From positions 5,272,001 to 5,336,000 of the forward strand of contig JASTWF010000033.1 in NCBI GenBank assembly GCA_030390025.1: a stretch of DNA of 64,000 bases, written 5' to 3'. Below, piece after piece: positions 11,917 to 23,394 of this stretch. The notes under the pieces are model-generated. The model was not told the DNA's origin. It did no database searches and saw only the letters and a program-made list of their open reading frames with translations. Numbering within the stretch: the first letter of the stretch is position 1; each line of letters opens with the position of its first letter. The DNA is from Squalus acanthias (Eukaryota). The position numbers and the translations under genes were made by a program.

Positions 11917-13825
11917 CTCCCCCCTGTTGATACTAAAACTCGCTTTAAGTATCATACCTACGAAGGTGAGCAAAATTCCGACCCTCCACAGCCAACTTTC
12001 CCCGTAATTATCTATCTATAGTCCCAAAAAAAACATACATTTTCCTTTAGTGTACTTTTTCCAAAAATTCAGATACAGGTAAGAATTCACTTTAATACAT
12101 TCACATCCAAGCACGGAGGGGGTCCAACACCCCTGCACCACTTGGAAAATACATACATAGAAAACGTTATTCTCAAAATCGGTCCAGGCTCGTCTCATGC
12201 TTTCCGATTTCCTCTCTGTAGGACACACAAAAACAGATAGCAATGACCCGAGAGGGTTCTTTGGCTTAACAAGTGATCGAGTCTTGAGAATTTAAACTTA
12301 ACTCACTACAAATTCTTAAACTACAAAACCTATAAAAGTTTAAAACAAAAGAAACTATATACATTCGCCGTCCATCTCCGGATGGCTAGCCTAACTCCTG
12401 TCAGGACTGCGGCAGGCTGCTCCCTGCAGCGTGGCTGTACGGACCCTTACTTCTGTTCCCTTACAGCCTGCGACTGCTGGCTGGTGACCTTTGTCTTTTA
12501 ACTTAACTTTTGCTCGGGAGGTCGCCCCTTTAAACTGGAGAATCGGCGACCATGTCTTCCTAGGTTGGGGTGTCCGAGGGGACCTCCTAGGAAGTGCTAT
12601 AGGTGGGGCTACCCTGGCGAGCAGACCCTTGCAGTCCTCGCTGGCTGGGGGCCTTTCCCCCGTGGCTCCTCCCATCCCAAGTCTGAGCTGGGGACAGGCA
12701 ATCCCTCGCTGTCTGCTGCTGTTGGCTGAGAGTCCTCGCCTCCAGGTTCAAAACCTGGGTCAGGGGCGGGGCTATCTGGTTCGGGCTCCTCCTCCCCCCC
12801 AGCTGAGTCCCAGAAGAGAGGGGGGGTGTTCTGAACAGGGGCCTGGGTGACTCCTCCCTCAACGCACGCAACTGTGCCTGTGTGTGTTGCCTGTGAGCTG
12901 AGACCTACTGGGAGCTGAGGACTTCTAACCTCGGGTTGGGTTCCAGCTGCCTGCTTCTTCGCCTCCGGCTTATACAGCTTGCAGTGGTTTATGTGAAACC
13001 ATTTCGGGCGCCAGGGCAATTTTATTGCGTAAACCATGGGGCTGGCTTTATCCACTACGCTATAGGGCGTTTCTGCACGGGTAACAATCCTCTTTGGGTG
13101 GGACCCTTTAAACTGGTACACTGGAGACCAGGGTGGTTTAGGCAGTGGTGTGCGGGGAGACCTTCTTAGGGCTCTGGCCATAGGGGGAGTGCCTGAGTCC
13201 CACATGATCGATGGAGTATACCCTACTGTGATACAAGCCCCTGTCCTCACCGCTGCAGTCTGTGAGTCTGCCACAGCTGCTGGCTGGCCATTTCTAACTT
13301 GGGGGCAGTCCACCTTTGCTGGCTGTTCCCTTTTAGGTTTAAACAGTTTACACTGGTCAATCTCCCACTCGTGGGTTCTCTGGGGTTCTACCAGCAACCG
13401 ATCTTTCTGGTGCTGGCTCCCCAGGTTACTGGCTGCTTGCCAGTGCCTCTGTTAAAAAAAATCTCGTCCTCTGCCCTGAACGGACCTTCTCGGGACTTCC
13501 CATTCTCTCTCTTTACCAGGACGGCCTTAAGGACGGGATTCTGGGCTTGGACCTGCTTTAAATCCGGGGGCAAAGCTATCCCCTGTGTGCCTCCCTTTTC
13601 CTGGATTGCGGCTTCCGGACCTGCTTTACAGGGATTCCAGAACTCTCCTTCCCTGGCCCCCTGCTTGGCCAAATTGCCGGCCTTTTGGTTACCCTCCCAC
13701 GTGATATGGAGTGATCTTAAATCTCTGTCCAAATTTTGGACATTGCCCCAGCCTGCTTGTTCCCTGTGAATCCCATTAAACTGTACGGGACCCCATTAGA
13801 CCTGGGTGAATTGGTCAGGTCTTCC
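11917..13825 (-). mobile_element. Deleted internal region of LTR element: RNase H end, integrase C-terminal pieces, 3' UTR; no env
   Basis: GNQKAGNLAKQGA and VVDKASPMVYAIK...WFHINHCK, homologous to 45400-47050; 3' UTR homologous to 42310-42530. Confidence 0.8.
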
Positions 13826-14092
13826 GAAGTGTTCCCCGACTGGGAGGGAACACTCCTGCCTGGCGATTGTTGCGCGGTGTCCGTTCATACGTTGTCGCAG
13901 TGTCTGCATGGTCTCGCCGATGTACCATGCTCCGGGGCATCCTTTCCTGCAAAGTATGAGGTAGACAACGTTGGCCGAGTCACATGAGTATGTTCCATGT
14001 ACCTGGTGGGTGGTGTCCTCACGTGTGATGATGGTATCTGTGTTGATGATCTGGCATGTCTTGCAGAGGTTGCCGTGGCAGGGTTGTGTGGC
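13826..14092 (-). mobile_element. Penelope-like element GIY-YIG endonuclease fragment
   Basis: Translates as CHGNLCKTC...NVVYLILCRKGCPGAWYIGETMQTLRQRMNGH...PVGEHF. Confidence 0.85.
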
Positions 14093-14207
14093 ACATCTTG
14101 TAATTCAGAGAGCTCGGTTCATAGTTTCCAGAACAAGCTACAACCCTGGGATGGAGCGAACAGCCATCTCTCTGCATTAACCGACAAGGTTGCCAATCAT
14201 TTTTTGT

Positions 14208-14280
14208 GCCCGGCTAGCTCAGTTGGTAAAGCATGAGATTCTTAATTTCAGGGACGTGGGTTCGAGCTCCACGTTGGGTG
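14208..14280 (+). tRNA. tRNA-Lys(CTT), several substitutions (possibly pseudogene)
   Basis: GCCCGGCTAGCTCAG...CTT...GGTTCGAG; full 73 nt; one D-stem mismatch and extra G-U pairs; TTTT at 14285. Confidence 0.8.
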
Positions 14281-15302
14281 AATGTTTTAAGTTTTTATGT
14301 TGCTTTCTCGGTTCAACCCCAGTTCCGAATTTCCGCGGCTGTATCACCGCGCTGCAAATGGGTCTTTATCCTACATTTTTCTCTTAATAATATAATTGTC
14401 GGTATAAGAATGAAAATAGGGCCGCGCTTCACTGCAATTGGCAGACTTAAGTTGTTATGTGCCACGCAGTCATAGAATCATAGAATGACGCAGCACAGAA
14501 GGAGGCCATTTGGCCCATCGTGTCTGTGCCGCCTGTTTGGCAGAGGTATCCCATTCATCCCACACCCCTGTTCATTCCCCATAGCCCTGTATTCCCCCCT
14601 CAAGTAATATACTTGGTAAAACTTTAAAAGGAACAGAAAGTGTTAGACGTTTAGATTCCTGACGGGCCTCAGATTTTGTCCAGTTAACATTGCCATTTGC
14701 GAGGCAGGTGTGACGTTCCAGTCACAGAATTAGAATGGCCATGTACTGGGGCCGATAACAGCCGGTCCACGTTGAGGAAGAATCAGAGGCGAGATGAGAA
14801 AACATTTTTTTACACAGCGAGTTGTTGTGATCTGGAATGCCCTGTCTGAAAGGGTGGTGGAAGCAGATTCAATAGCAACTTTCCAAAGAGAACCGGATAA
14901 TTACCTGAGGGGAAATAACACAGGATTCATTGGAAAGCTCAACCAAAAAGCCGGCACATGCAGGATGGGCCGAATGACCTTCTGTGCTGTCTCATTCTAT
15001 AATCCTATGATTCTATGTAAAGGAAGCTGGCGGGAATTGTCTAATTGAGGAGACTGGGGGAGGACAATTAGGGAGCTCCTTCAGAACGATAATCACTTGA
15101 AAAATCAATTTCTTGATTGACTTGTGTGGTTTCCATCAGTGAAATGTTTGTAAAAGCAACGGAGGAGCAGGATTGAGAGTTTTTAGTGTGGGACAGCAGC
15201 GATGTTGTTTAAGGTCAGCGAGACTTCCAGCATTTACGTACGACCAGAAGGAGTGACACCTTCTCTGGCCTCTTTGGAGAAATTCCGGGGTGCTGAGTAT
15301 GA

Positions 15303-15387
15303 GTCAGGATGGCCGAGCGGTCTAAGGTGCTGCATTCAGGTCGCCAAACCTCGCCAGAGGCAATTGGTGAGAATCCCACTTCTGACA
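15303..15387 (+). pseudogene. tRNA-Leu(CAG) pseudogene
   Basis: GTCAGGATGGCCGAGCGGTCTAAGG...TTCAGGTCGC...AATCCCACTTCTGACA; B box mutated (GGTGAGAATCC). Confidence 0.85.
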
Positions 15388-16183
15388 AAGCAATTGTTTC
15401 AATTCCCTGCGCAACTGTATTTTGCGGAATTAGCTGCCGCTGCCTTGTCGGCCCATTGTATTTGAAAACTAACCCTGCGATTGTTCGAACAGAGAAGGTT
15501 AATGGGAGACCGAGCAGAGGTATTCAAACTTATGATAGTGCACGTAGGGAGAAACTGTTTCCTCTGGTCCGTGGATCGGCAACCAGAGTTCATTGATTTA
15601 ATGGTCCCAAAGACCTAGAGGGGCCATTGGGATAATTCTTTTCACAGCCTGTTATTGTTATTTACAATGGCTGATAGGAGATTCTTTATTTCTGAAGAAC
15701 TTCATTTAGTGGCAGAGTCCGTATGGGGAGTTGCAGCTTCCACAGTGGTAGCTTTCCATCTCCGAGTTAGTTATTGAGGGACCTGCTGTGGACTTGATAC
15801 CATTTAAGGTTGATCCCTTTAAATATTGAAATACAAGAAGGGTGGTAAGATCCGGAACACATTCCCTGAAAGGATGGTGGAATCAGATTCCATAGGAACT
15901 TGCAAAAGGCAATTGGACATATATTTGAAGACAACTAATTAGCAGGGTTGCGGGGAAATGCTGGGGTGTGGGCCTAAATTGGACAGTTCTTTCAAAGAGC
16001 CGGCACAGGCAGAACGTGTCGAATGGCCTCATTCTGTGCTGTAAGATTCTATGATTCAATGACTCCAGTCACTTGCACGTCCCCTTTTCTCTTCACACTT
16101 TAAATAGTCTGTCATAACCTTTGTCTCACTCTCTGGAATTTGCTCCCCAAATTCCCCGTCTCCTCATTTAAGACACTCCTTAA

Positions 16184-16880
16184 CGGGCTGATCCTGCACA
16201 CTCTCCACTTTGCCATCTTCGTCTGCCGTCCGGACATGCCTTGGCGTACTATCTTGCCGTCCGGCGGAGGCGAAGGTCCCCAATGGAGGGCTCTCTACGC
16301 GGGAGTCTTCCCTTGTTCTATTGGGGACTTGGCCTGGAGGGTGTTGCACGGAGCAGTCCCGTGCAATAGGTTATTAAGTAGGTTTACGGACTCCCAGGCC
16401 GCTTGCCATTCCTGCGGCCTGGAGGAGTCCGTGTTTCACGTATATATAGAGTGTGAGAGGTTGCAGCCCCTCTTTCATTACCTGAAGGGGCTGCTCCTCA
16501 ATTTCTGGTTGCACTTCAGCCCCACGCTCCTGATCTACGGTCACCCGGTGCGGAGGGGAGCGGGCAGGTCGGAGGACCTCCTCGTAGGACTGCTCCTGGG
16601 TCTGGCTAAGAAAGACATTAATTGGTCCAGGCAGCGGGCGGTCGAGGGGGTCGTTCGGCCCGATTGCCTGCCTCTCTTCCGCGGCCATGTTCGCGCCCGG
16701 GTGGCCCTGGAGATGGAGCACGCGGTGTCCGCCGGCACGCTTAAGTTTTTCCGCGACCGGTGGGCGCCGCGGGGACTGGAGTGCATCGTCACCCCGGACT
16801 ACGAAATTTTAATTTGATTTGTTAAGTTTCCTTTAAAGTTTTATTGAGTTACAGTTACGTTATTGGTTTGATCAAAATAG
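16184..16880 (+). mobile_element. Tx1-like (L1 clade) LINE 3' fragment with 15-bp TSD
   Basis: C-terminal CCHC CHSCGLEESVFHVYIEC in an open frame to 16817; TAAGACACTCCTTAA at 16169-16183 and 16881-16895. Confidence 0.8.
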
Positions 16881-17236
16881 TAAGACACTCCTTAAAACTG
16901 TAAGCTTTGAGTATTCTTAAAGGAGATGACGTTTAAATGCCCCTCCTTTGGATTTGGCTTCCATATTTTTGATCACACCTCTCTGAAGCTCATTGGGAGT
17001 TCCCCTAGAAGTGGGGAGGGGGTCAGGGTTTATCAAGCTGTATGGAACACTTTACTGAACACGTGTGTTTGTGTGTGTTTGTTAAATTAAATAAATGAGG
17101 GCATCTGGCACTTCTCTCCCTGACACTGGGGAACGAGTGAGAAAGACTTTATAGCAAGGTTCTGTTTATCGTGGAAAAGCAACAAAAAATATTCTTCGGG
17201 AATTATCCACACTCCAATCAACGCTAAAAAGAGTGC

Positions 17237-17287
17237 TGAGCCTGACGTGATCTGAACACGCAGCCTTAATGATTTAGCGAGTCAGAC
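17237..17287 (-). pseudogene. tRNA-Trp 3' remnant
   Basis: Matches the 3' two thirds of the Trp copy at 52107; downstream flank also shared. Confidence 0.7.
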
Positions 17288-17727
17288 TGGGAAACTGCTC
17301 ACAATACACAACAGATCGAGCAGCTTCCGAAAAACAATGAAACTGTCGGCGTGTAGACAATAGTTAGAACTGCAAACAAGGCCGTGTGAAAATATAAACT
17401 GAGGGTGTAAATATAGAATCATAGAAACTCACAGGACAGGAGGAGGACATTCGGCCCGTCGTGCCTGTGCTGGCTTAGAAAGAGCAGCCGTGCTCAGTCC
17501 CACACCCCGCTTTTTGTCCCTAACCCTGTAAGTTCCTCATCTTCAAGTACCTGTCCCCTTTAAAATTATTGATGGAATCAGCTTCCACCACCTTTTCAAG
17601 TCGAGCGTTCCAGATCCTGACAACTCATCCCCCTTCTAGATCTTTAGCCAATGATTTTAAATCTATTACCTCCGGTTATTGACCCACTCGTCCGAGGAAA
17701 TAGTATTTCTCTATCTACTCTATAACT

Positions 17728-18096
17728 CATGATGTGGAGATAGTAATGTCATGACATGTCATGTCATGATGTCATGTCACGAAACAGAACGTGACTTGAC
17801 ATCATGGCCGGTCTTTCCAGGTTTTGTTTTAAACACAACAAATGGAGAGGATATGCAGCCAGCAGGTGTTTTGACACGTTGGACCCCCTGGGACACATCT
17901 CATTGTCTTGGCTGTGCTCTTAATGTGTCTTTGATGTAGGGAAAGATTTGAATAGATTTTTCTGTGTTTATATTGTGAATTCTGGGAGATTCTCTCACAG
18001 CTACCTTACCTGAAGAAGGAGCGAACAGCTCCGAAAGCTTGTAAAATTAAATAAATCTGTTGGACTATAACCTGGTGTTGTGCGACTTCTGATTTT
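17728..18096 (+). mobile_element. Penelope-like 3' end with 12-bp TSD
   Basis: TACTCTATAACT at 17716-17727 and 18097-18108; hammerhead motif followed by AATAAA. Confidence 0.7.
18006..18044 (+). ncRNA. Minimal type I hammerhead ribozyme motif
   Basis: TTAC-CTGAAGA-A-GGAGC-gaaca-GCTCC-GAAA-GC-TT-GTAA: helix I TTAC/GTAA, helix II GGAGC/GCTCC, palindromic helix III AGCT. Confidence 0.75.
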
Positions 18097-19141
18097 TACT
18101 CTATAACTAGCATTATATTTTTCTTTTATATTCTATGCCTCTATTTATAAACCCATTAACCCACGTGCTTTTTAAAGCACCTTATCAACTTGCTCTGTCG
18201 CCATTAAGGATTTGTGTATATGGACAACAAGGTCTCTCAGCTCATCTACACGTTTCAAAATCGTTCCATTTATAGTATACTGCCTTTCCATATTACTCCT
18301 GCCAAAGTGCATCACTTCAGATTTCTTCGCATTGAACTCTATCTGCCATGATTCTGTCCATTTCACCATCCTGCCTATGTCATCCTGAAGGCTACCAGTG
18401 TCATTATCTTCACTATCTACTACATTGCCAAGGTTCGGTTACAGCTGCAAACTGTAGAATGCTGCTCCCTACACCTGAGTCTAGGTCGTTTATAAAACTT
18501 GAAAAGAGTAATGGACCAACAACGGATCCTTGGGAACACAACTGCGAACCATCACATCGTCTGAAAGACATCCGTCCATCACCAGCCTTTGTTTCCTGTC
18601 ATTGAGTTAATTCATTATTTACACCATAACTTTCCCCTCAATTCCATGGGCTTCCGACATCTTAACAAACCTCCTGTGTGGGTGTGATGTTAATATATAA
18701 ATTCAGTGTTTATGTGATGATTGCGATGCTTTATATGTGTGCCAATTTAAAGTTTATTTTTATAATATGATATATCCTACATAAAATATAAATATATATA
18801 ATTTCATCTGTGGTACTTCTAAATGTATTAGTTATATATATATATATTTGTTTCTTTTTATGTTATTTATCATTGTATATGTGTCTGTCTGTGTTAAATA
18901 TAAATGCATTGATGTGCAATTTAAAAGTACCATAATGAGAAATAAATAATTACAAAATACATTTGGAATGAAGACAGAAGCCCCCAATAAAAGAATAAAT
19001 ATCACAAATACAGGGAAACACATTTGTAAGCAGCAGAGTCAGGAAATGCATTTATATGTTAAACAAGTCAAAAATGAATTTGCATCCGAAACGGATAGAG
19101 TCAATTGTATTTAAAATGATCACTTTTGTTTAGTTCAGTTG

Positions 19142-19213
19142 TCCCCGGTGGTCTAGTGGTTATGGTTCGGCGCTGTCATTCATGGTGGCAAAAGTTTGAT
19201 TCGCTGTCTCGTT
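19142..19213 (+). pseudogene. tRNA-Glu-derived pseudogene
   Basis: TCCCCGGTGGTCTAGTGGTTATGGTTCGGCGCT 5' half; 3' half heavily degraded. Confidence 0.7.
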
Positions 19214-19516
19214 AGAATTAACAAGAGAAAACACATCTCTTAATTAAATTACTTACGTGCATCTAATGTCAGAAAATAATTGTTTTAATCACCATTAATT
19301 AACTGATGACCTTCTTTTGAAGAATGAAAGAAATGCTGACTGACTAAGACTCGATATTTCAATATTTTTTCTGTGATGAACTGTTACCCACATCTCATTT
19401 TACACATAGGAATTTGGTTTAAAATGTTCATTACTTCTGACCCCAGGAATGTGGTGCAACTTCTGTTAAGTTTAACAGGACTTGTTATTTCTCAGCGACA
19501 AATATTCTCTGACATT

Positions 19517-20263
19517 GGCCCGTATTTTCCGACCCCTACGGGTGTGTACGCGCAGTGTACGCACGCGTAGGGGCCTCGCAAGTGCCGGTTTCAGGCATGC
19601 GAAGCAAACCGGCACTTCCGATCTGTCAAGAATTCTCTTGACAGATCTTCCGCCTGCCCTGGAGAAGGGCCTCTGCGGCTGGAGATTTCCGCTTTCTGCA
19701 GAACCTCCGCCCGCTGAAAAGCTTTAAAAAAACTCATGCCTGTTAAAAGCAGGCATAAGGTCTGCTTTTACCAGCATAACAGTTTAAAAACGGAAAAGAA
19801 TATTTTTTCAATCATTTATAATTTAAAAATACTTTTAAAAAAGGTAAGTTTATTTTTAGCCCCGTAAAAAACTTTAATTATTTTTTTCAAAAAATTTAAT
19901 TTTTGTTTAAAATAATTTCATGTAATTTTAACTAATTTTAAAAACGTGATGATTTTTTAAAAAATTATTTAATGCTTTAGTGTGTTTTTTCAGTGATCCT
20001 TATTCATACTTTTGACAGGTCTAAGCAGAGAGACCTGTCAAAATTGTGAAGGTCAGATTAGCTTCTTCCATTGGTTTCCCATGGCCCACGTGATCCCAGG
20101 AACGCTTGCGAACCACCTGTGATACCTGAGCCTCTGCGCGCGCACCAGGAGAGGCCCAGGAGCGGAAATGTCCAGACCTCCGAAGCTCTCAGGTAAGGGA
20201 GTAGATTTTTTCCAGCTCGGAGGCATCCGCACGCAGGAAGCCTCCGATCGGAAAATACGGGCC
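19517..20263. mobile_element. MITE (non-autonomous DNA transposon), family 1
   Basis: Perfect TIR GGCCCGTATTTTCCGA / TCGGAAAATACGGGCC; AT-rich core; no convincing ORF. Confidence 0.85.
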
Positions 20264-20506
20264 AAGACAGGATTGAATGTACAACATGTATTCATCCCCA
20301 GTGCGACTGCGCACCAAGAGTGCATGGTCATGTGACCCTGTGATACCTCGACTGGGCGGACCTCCGGCTGCTGTGTGACATTGTGAGTGGCTGCTGTATG
20401 ATTGGCAGCTGGCTCCTTTGTGATGTCACCTGGAGAAATGTTTCCTCCCCTGGTTGCGTTCCATTGTGTGTTATTGTGGGCGGAGCTGGAGATGGCAGCA
20501 GATAAT

Positions 20507-21232
20507 GGCCCAAAAATTTGTGAGAGTACGCACTGCGTACTCTCGCGTATTCTGTCTCCAATTGCCGGTTTTCTGCATGCACTGCGCATGCGCTGAAAAC
20601 CGGCACTTGGTGGATGGAAAAGGGGCGGTTCCTAAGTGAACCGCGTGCGCGCTACAGGCTGCGCGCATGCAGTGCACTTAGTGGTTTCAACGCGCAGGTA
20701 AGTATGGAGATTTTACACATAAAAAAAGGAGTAAGACCCACTTTTAACAAGGTAAGTAGTGAATTAAGTATTATTTTGAATTTTTTTTAACAGGTATATC
20801 TTTTTTAGAGACTTTAAAGACAGGTAAGTTTATTTTTATAACTTTTTAAAAGATTTTAAATTTTTTCAAAAATTTAATTTTTTATTTAAAATGGTTAATT
20901 TATTTAACTATACTTATTTTATTAATGTGATGGTTTTTTTTAAAATTTAATTGAGGTTTAGCTGTTTTTTGGGGGGGTATAGATTCATAGCTTTCACAGC
21001 ACGTATGTGAAAGTTATCAATGGAAGATGGTGTGCTGCCATTGGCTCTAACTGAGTCACGTGATCCCACAGCTCGCACGAATTAACTACGCCTGTGGGAT
21101 ACGCAAGCCCAGCACAGCTGCTGTCCAGAACATCAAGTTCGTGGGAGCTGGAACTGAAAAAGCCAACGCGCAATGAGAGATCGCGGGGAAGCCTTACCCT
21201 CGCACGAAGGCTTCCTCACGAATTTTTGGGCC
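20507..21232. mobile_element. MITE family 2, copy 1
   Basis: TIR GGCCCAAAAATT; highly similar copy at 36021-36746; empty paralogous site at ~22885. Confidence 0.9.
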
Positions 21233-21616
21233 ATTTGTGAGTGAGTAAAGCTCCTATAAATGGGGGCAAGGAAAGAAAATAGCAATGTAATATTAAATAA
21301 GTAAAGCAACCAAATGTAATTGATTGTAAATATATTCCAATTAAATATAAAATAGTCACAAAAATAGTCTCATTGTATTCCGAATACAGTTTATGGAATT
21401 AATATGAATCATTTTTATGTTGATAGATTACTGGAGTCAACCGCATTTCAGGAAGGTGGAGAGAGAAAAGTCGAATCTATGCAGTGAACACGGAATTTTA
21501 TCCTGTAACCGTACCATGCTGTACCTGAGTTGTTGAGCTTCATTGGATAATATCAGAGGAGCTTTACGCTGCATTGAGCACATGCTGAGTTGACTCTGCT
21601 TGATGAACCAAAATTC

Positions 21617-22290
21617 AGCGGCGTTTACACTGTATTTAACCCCTGCCGTATCTGCCCTGGTAGTATTTGACAAGAAAGTATAAAGGAAGCTTTACTCTGT
21701 ATATAACCCGTGCTATATCTGCCCTGGCAGTGTTTGATGGGACAGTGTAGAGGGAGCTTTACTCTGTATATAACCCGTGCTATATCTACCCTGAGAGTGT
21801 TTGATGGGACAGTGTACAGGGGGCTTTACTCTGTAGCTAAGCTGTCCTGTACCTACCATGGGAGTGTTTGATGGGGCAGTGTAGAGGGAGCTTTACTCTG
21901 TAGCTAACCTGTCCTGTCCCTATCATGGGAGTGTTTGATGGGACAGTGTAGAGGGAGCTTTACACTATAGCTAACCTGTCCTCTCCCCATCATGGGAGTG
22001 TTTGATGGGGCAGTGTAGAGGGAGCTTTACACTATAGCTAAACTGTCCTCTCCCCATCATGGGAGTGTTTGATGGGACAGTGTAGAGGGAGCTTTACTCT
22101 ATAGCTAACCTGTCCTGTCCCTATCATGGGAGTGTTTGATGGGGCAGTGTAGATGGAGATTTACTCTGGAACAAACCTGCCCTTGGAGGGTATGATTGTA
22201 CGTTGTAGATAGAACTTTACTCTGTATCTAATCCTGCCCTGGGAGTGTTTGAAACTACAGTGTTGAGCGAACTTTACCCTATGTCTTACC
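21617..22290. repeat. 67-bp minisatellite, about 10 units
   Basis: TGTTTGATGG recurs at 21731, 21798, 21865 and onwards; unit core GGGAGTGTTTGATGGGACAGTGTAGAGGGAGCTTTACTCTGTA. Confidence 0.95.
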
Positions 22291-23394
22291 GCTGCTGTTC
22301 CAAACCCAATGATTCATCCATTTGATACCACTGATGATCCCTTCACTTATTTTCACTAATGTTCCTTTTTGTTGAAGTGAGAACACAGAGGTGGTTGTAA
22401 TATCCCTGTCTCATCTCAGCACTATTACCAAAAGCAGCCTCTCACTGCCAAAGCAGGAGGGAGACAAGCTGCCTGATATAAAGATACGGGGAACTTTGGA
22501 ATTTACAAAGCAACTGATGGACATGGGGTCCATTAAATAGTGGGATCTCACATTTGGAATATGGGAGGGAGAAGGCATACGGGGTCATTTTGGGAGGCTG
22601 TGCTACCTGCCTCGAGTCTCAGTAAATGGGGGAGGGGTCAGAGACAGGACTGAGTGTACAACCTGCGTTCATTCCCAGTGAGACTGCGCACCAGGAGCAG
22701 AGCCTGGCCACGTGACCCTGTGACACCTCTGATGGGCGGAGCTCCAGCTGCTTTGTGACATTGTTCCTGGTTGCTGTGTGATTGGCTCCTTTCTCCATTG
22801 TGATGTCACCTGGAGACAGGTTTCCGCCCCTGGTTACACACCATCAGTGGAATGTCACTGTGGGCGGAGCTGGAGTTGGCAGCAGATGTTGTGAGTGACT
22901 TTAGTGCCTATAGGGGCAAACAAAAGAACTATTTAACAGTAAAGTAAATCATTCAAAACAAATTGTAAATATTTTCAAATTAACTATATTAATAGTCAAA
23001 AAAATAGTCCCATTACTTTCCAGTAACAGATTCGCTAATTAAGGTGAATCACGTTCATCTTAAACGTTTGTTTGATTAATCAGTATCCCAGGAAGGTGGA
23101 GAGAGAGATGTCGAATCATCCCTATATTAACTGGGACTGCAAAATGTTCGCTAGGTTCATAGAGAGAATCTGGTGGGACCAAGACCCCCATTTTCAAAGT
23201 CCGGGAACGGGAAGATTCAACAATGATTGGAAATGTGAGCAGCTTTACTGAGAATATCTTCAATCGATGATTTTGCCGAGGTGAGAGTCTAACCAGCTAT
23301 TGGGAGAATTTTAGCATCTGGCATACATCGCGGCCTTTGATGCAGCAAATTGACTGCAGATTCACTGGTATGTAAAGCTAGACAACATCTCTAG

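Larger units (their letters stand above)
17412..18680 (-). mobile_element. CR1 fragments interrupted by a Penelope end
   Basis: CR1 tail at 17412-17475; WQIEFNAKKSEVMHFGR further on. Confidence 0.75.

Noticed and set aside
18685..19100. AT-rich tract as a functional element or ORF
   Set aside because: Low complexity; no termini or motif I can support.
21617..22290. CRISPR-like array
   Set aside because: Whole units repeat with no unique spacers; eukaryotic context; no cas genes.
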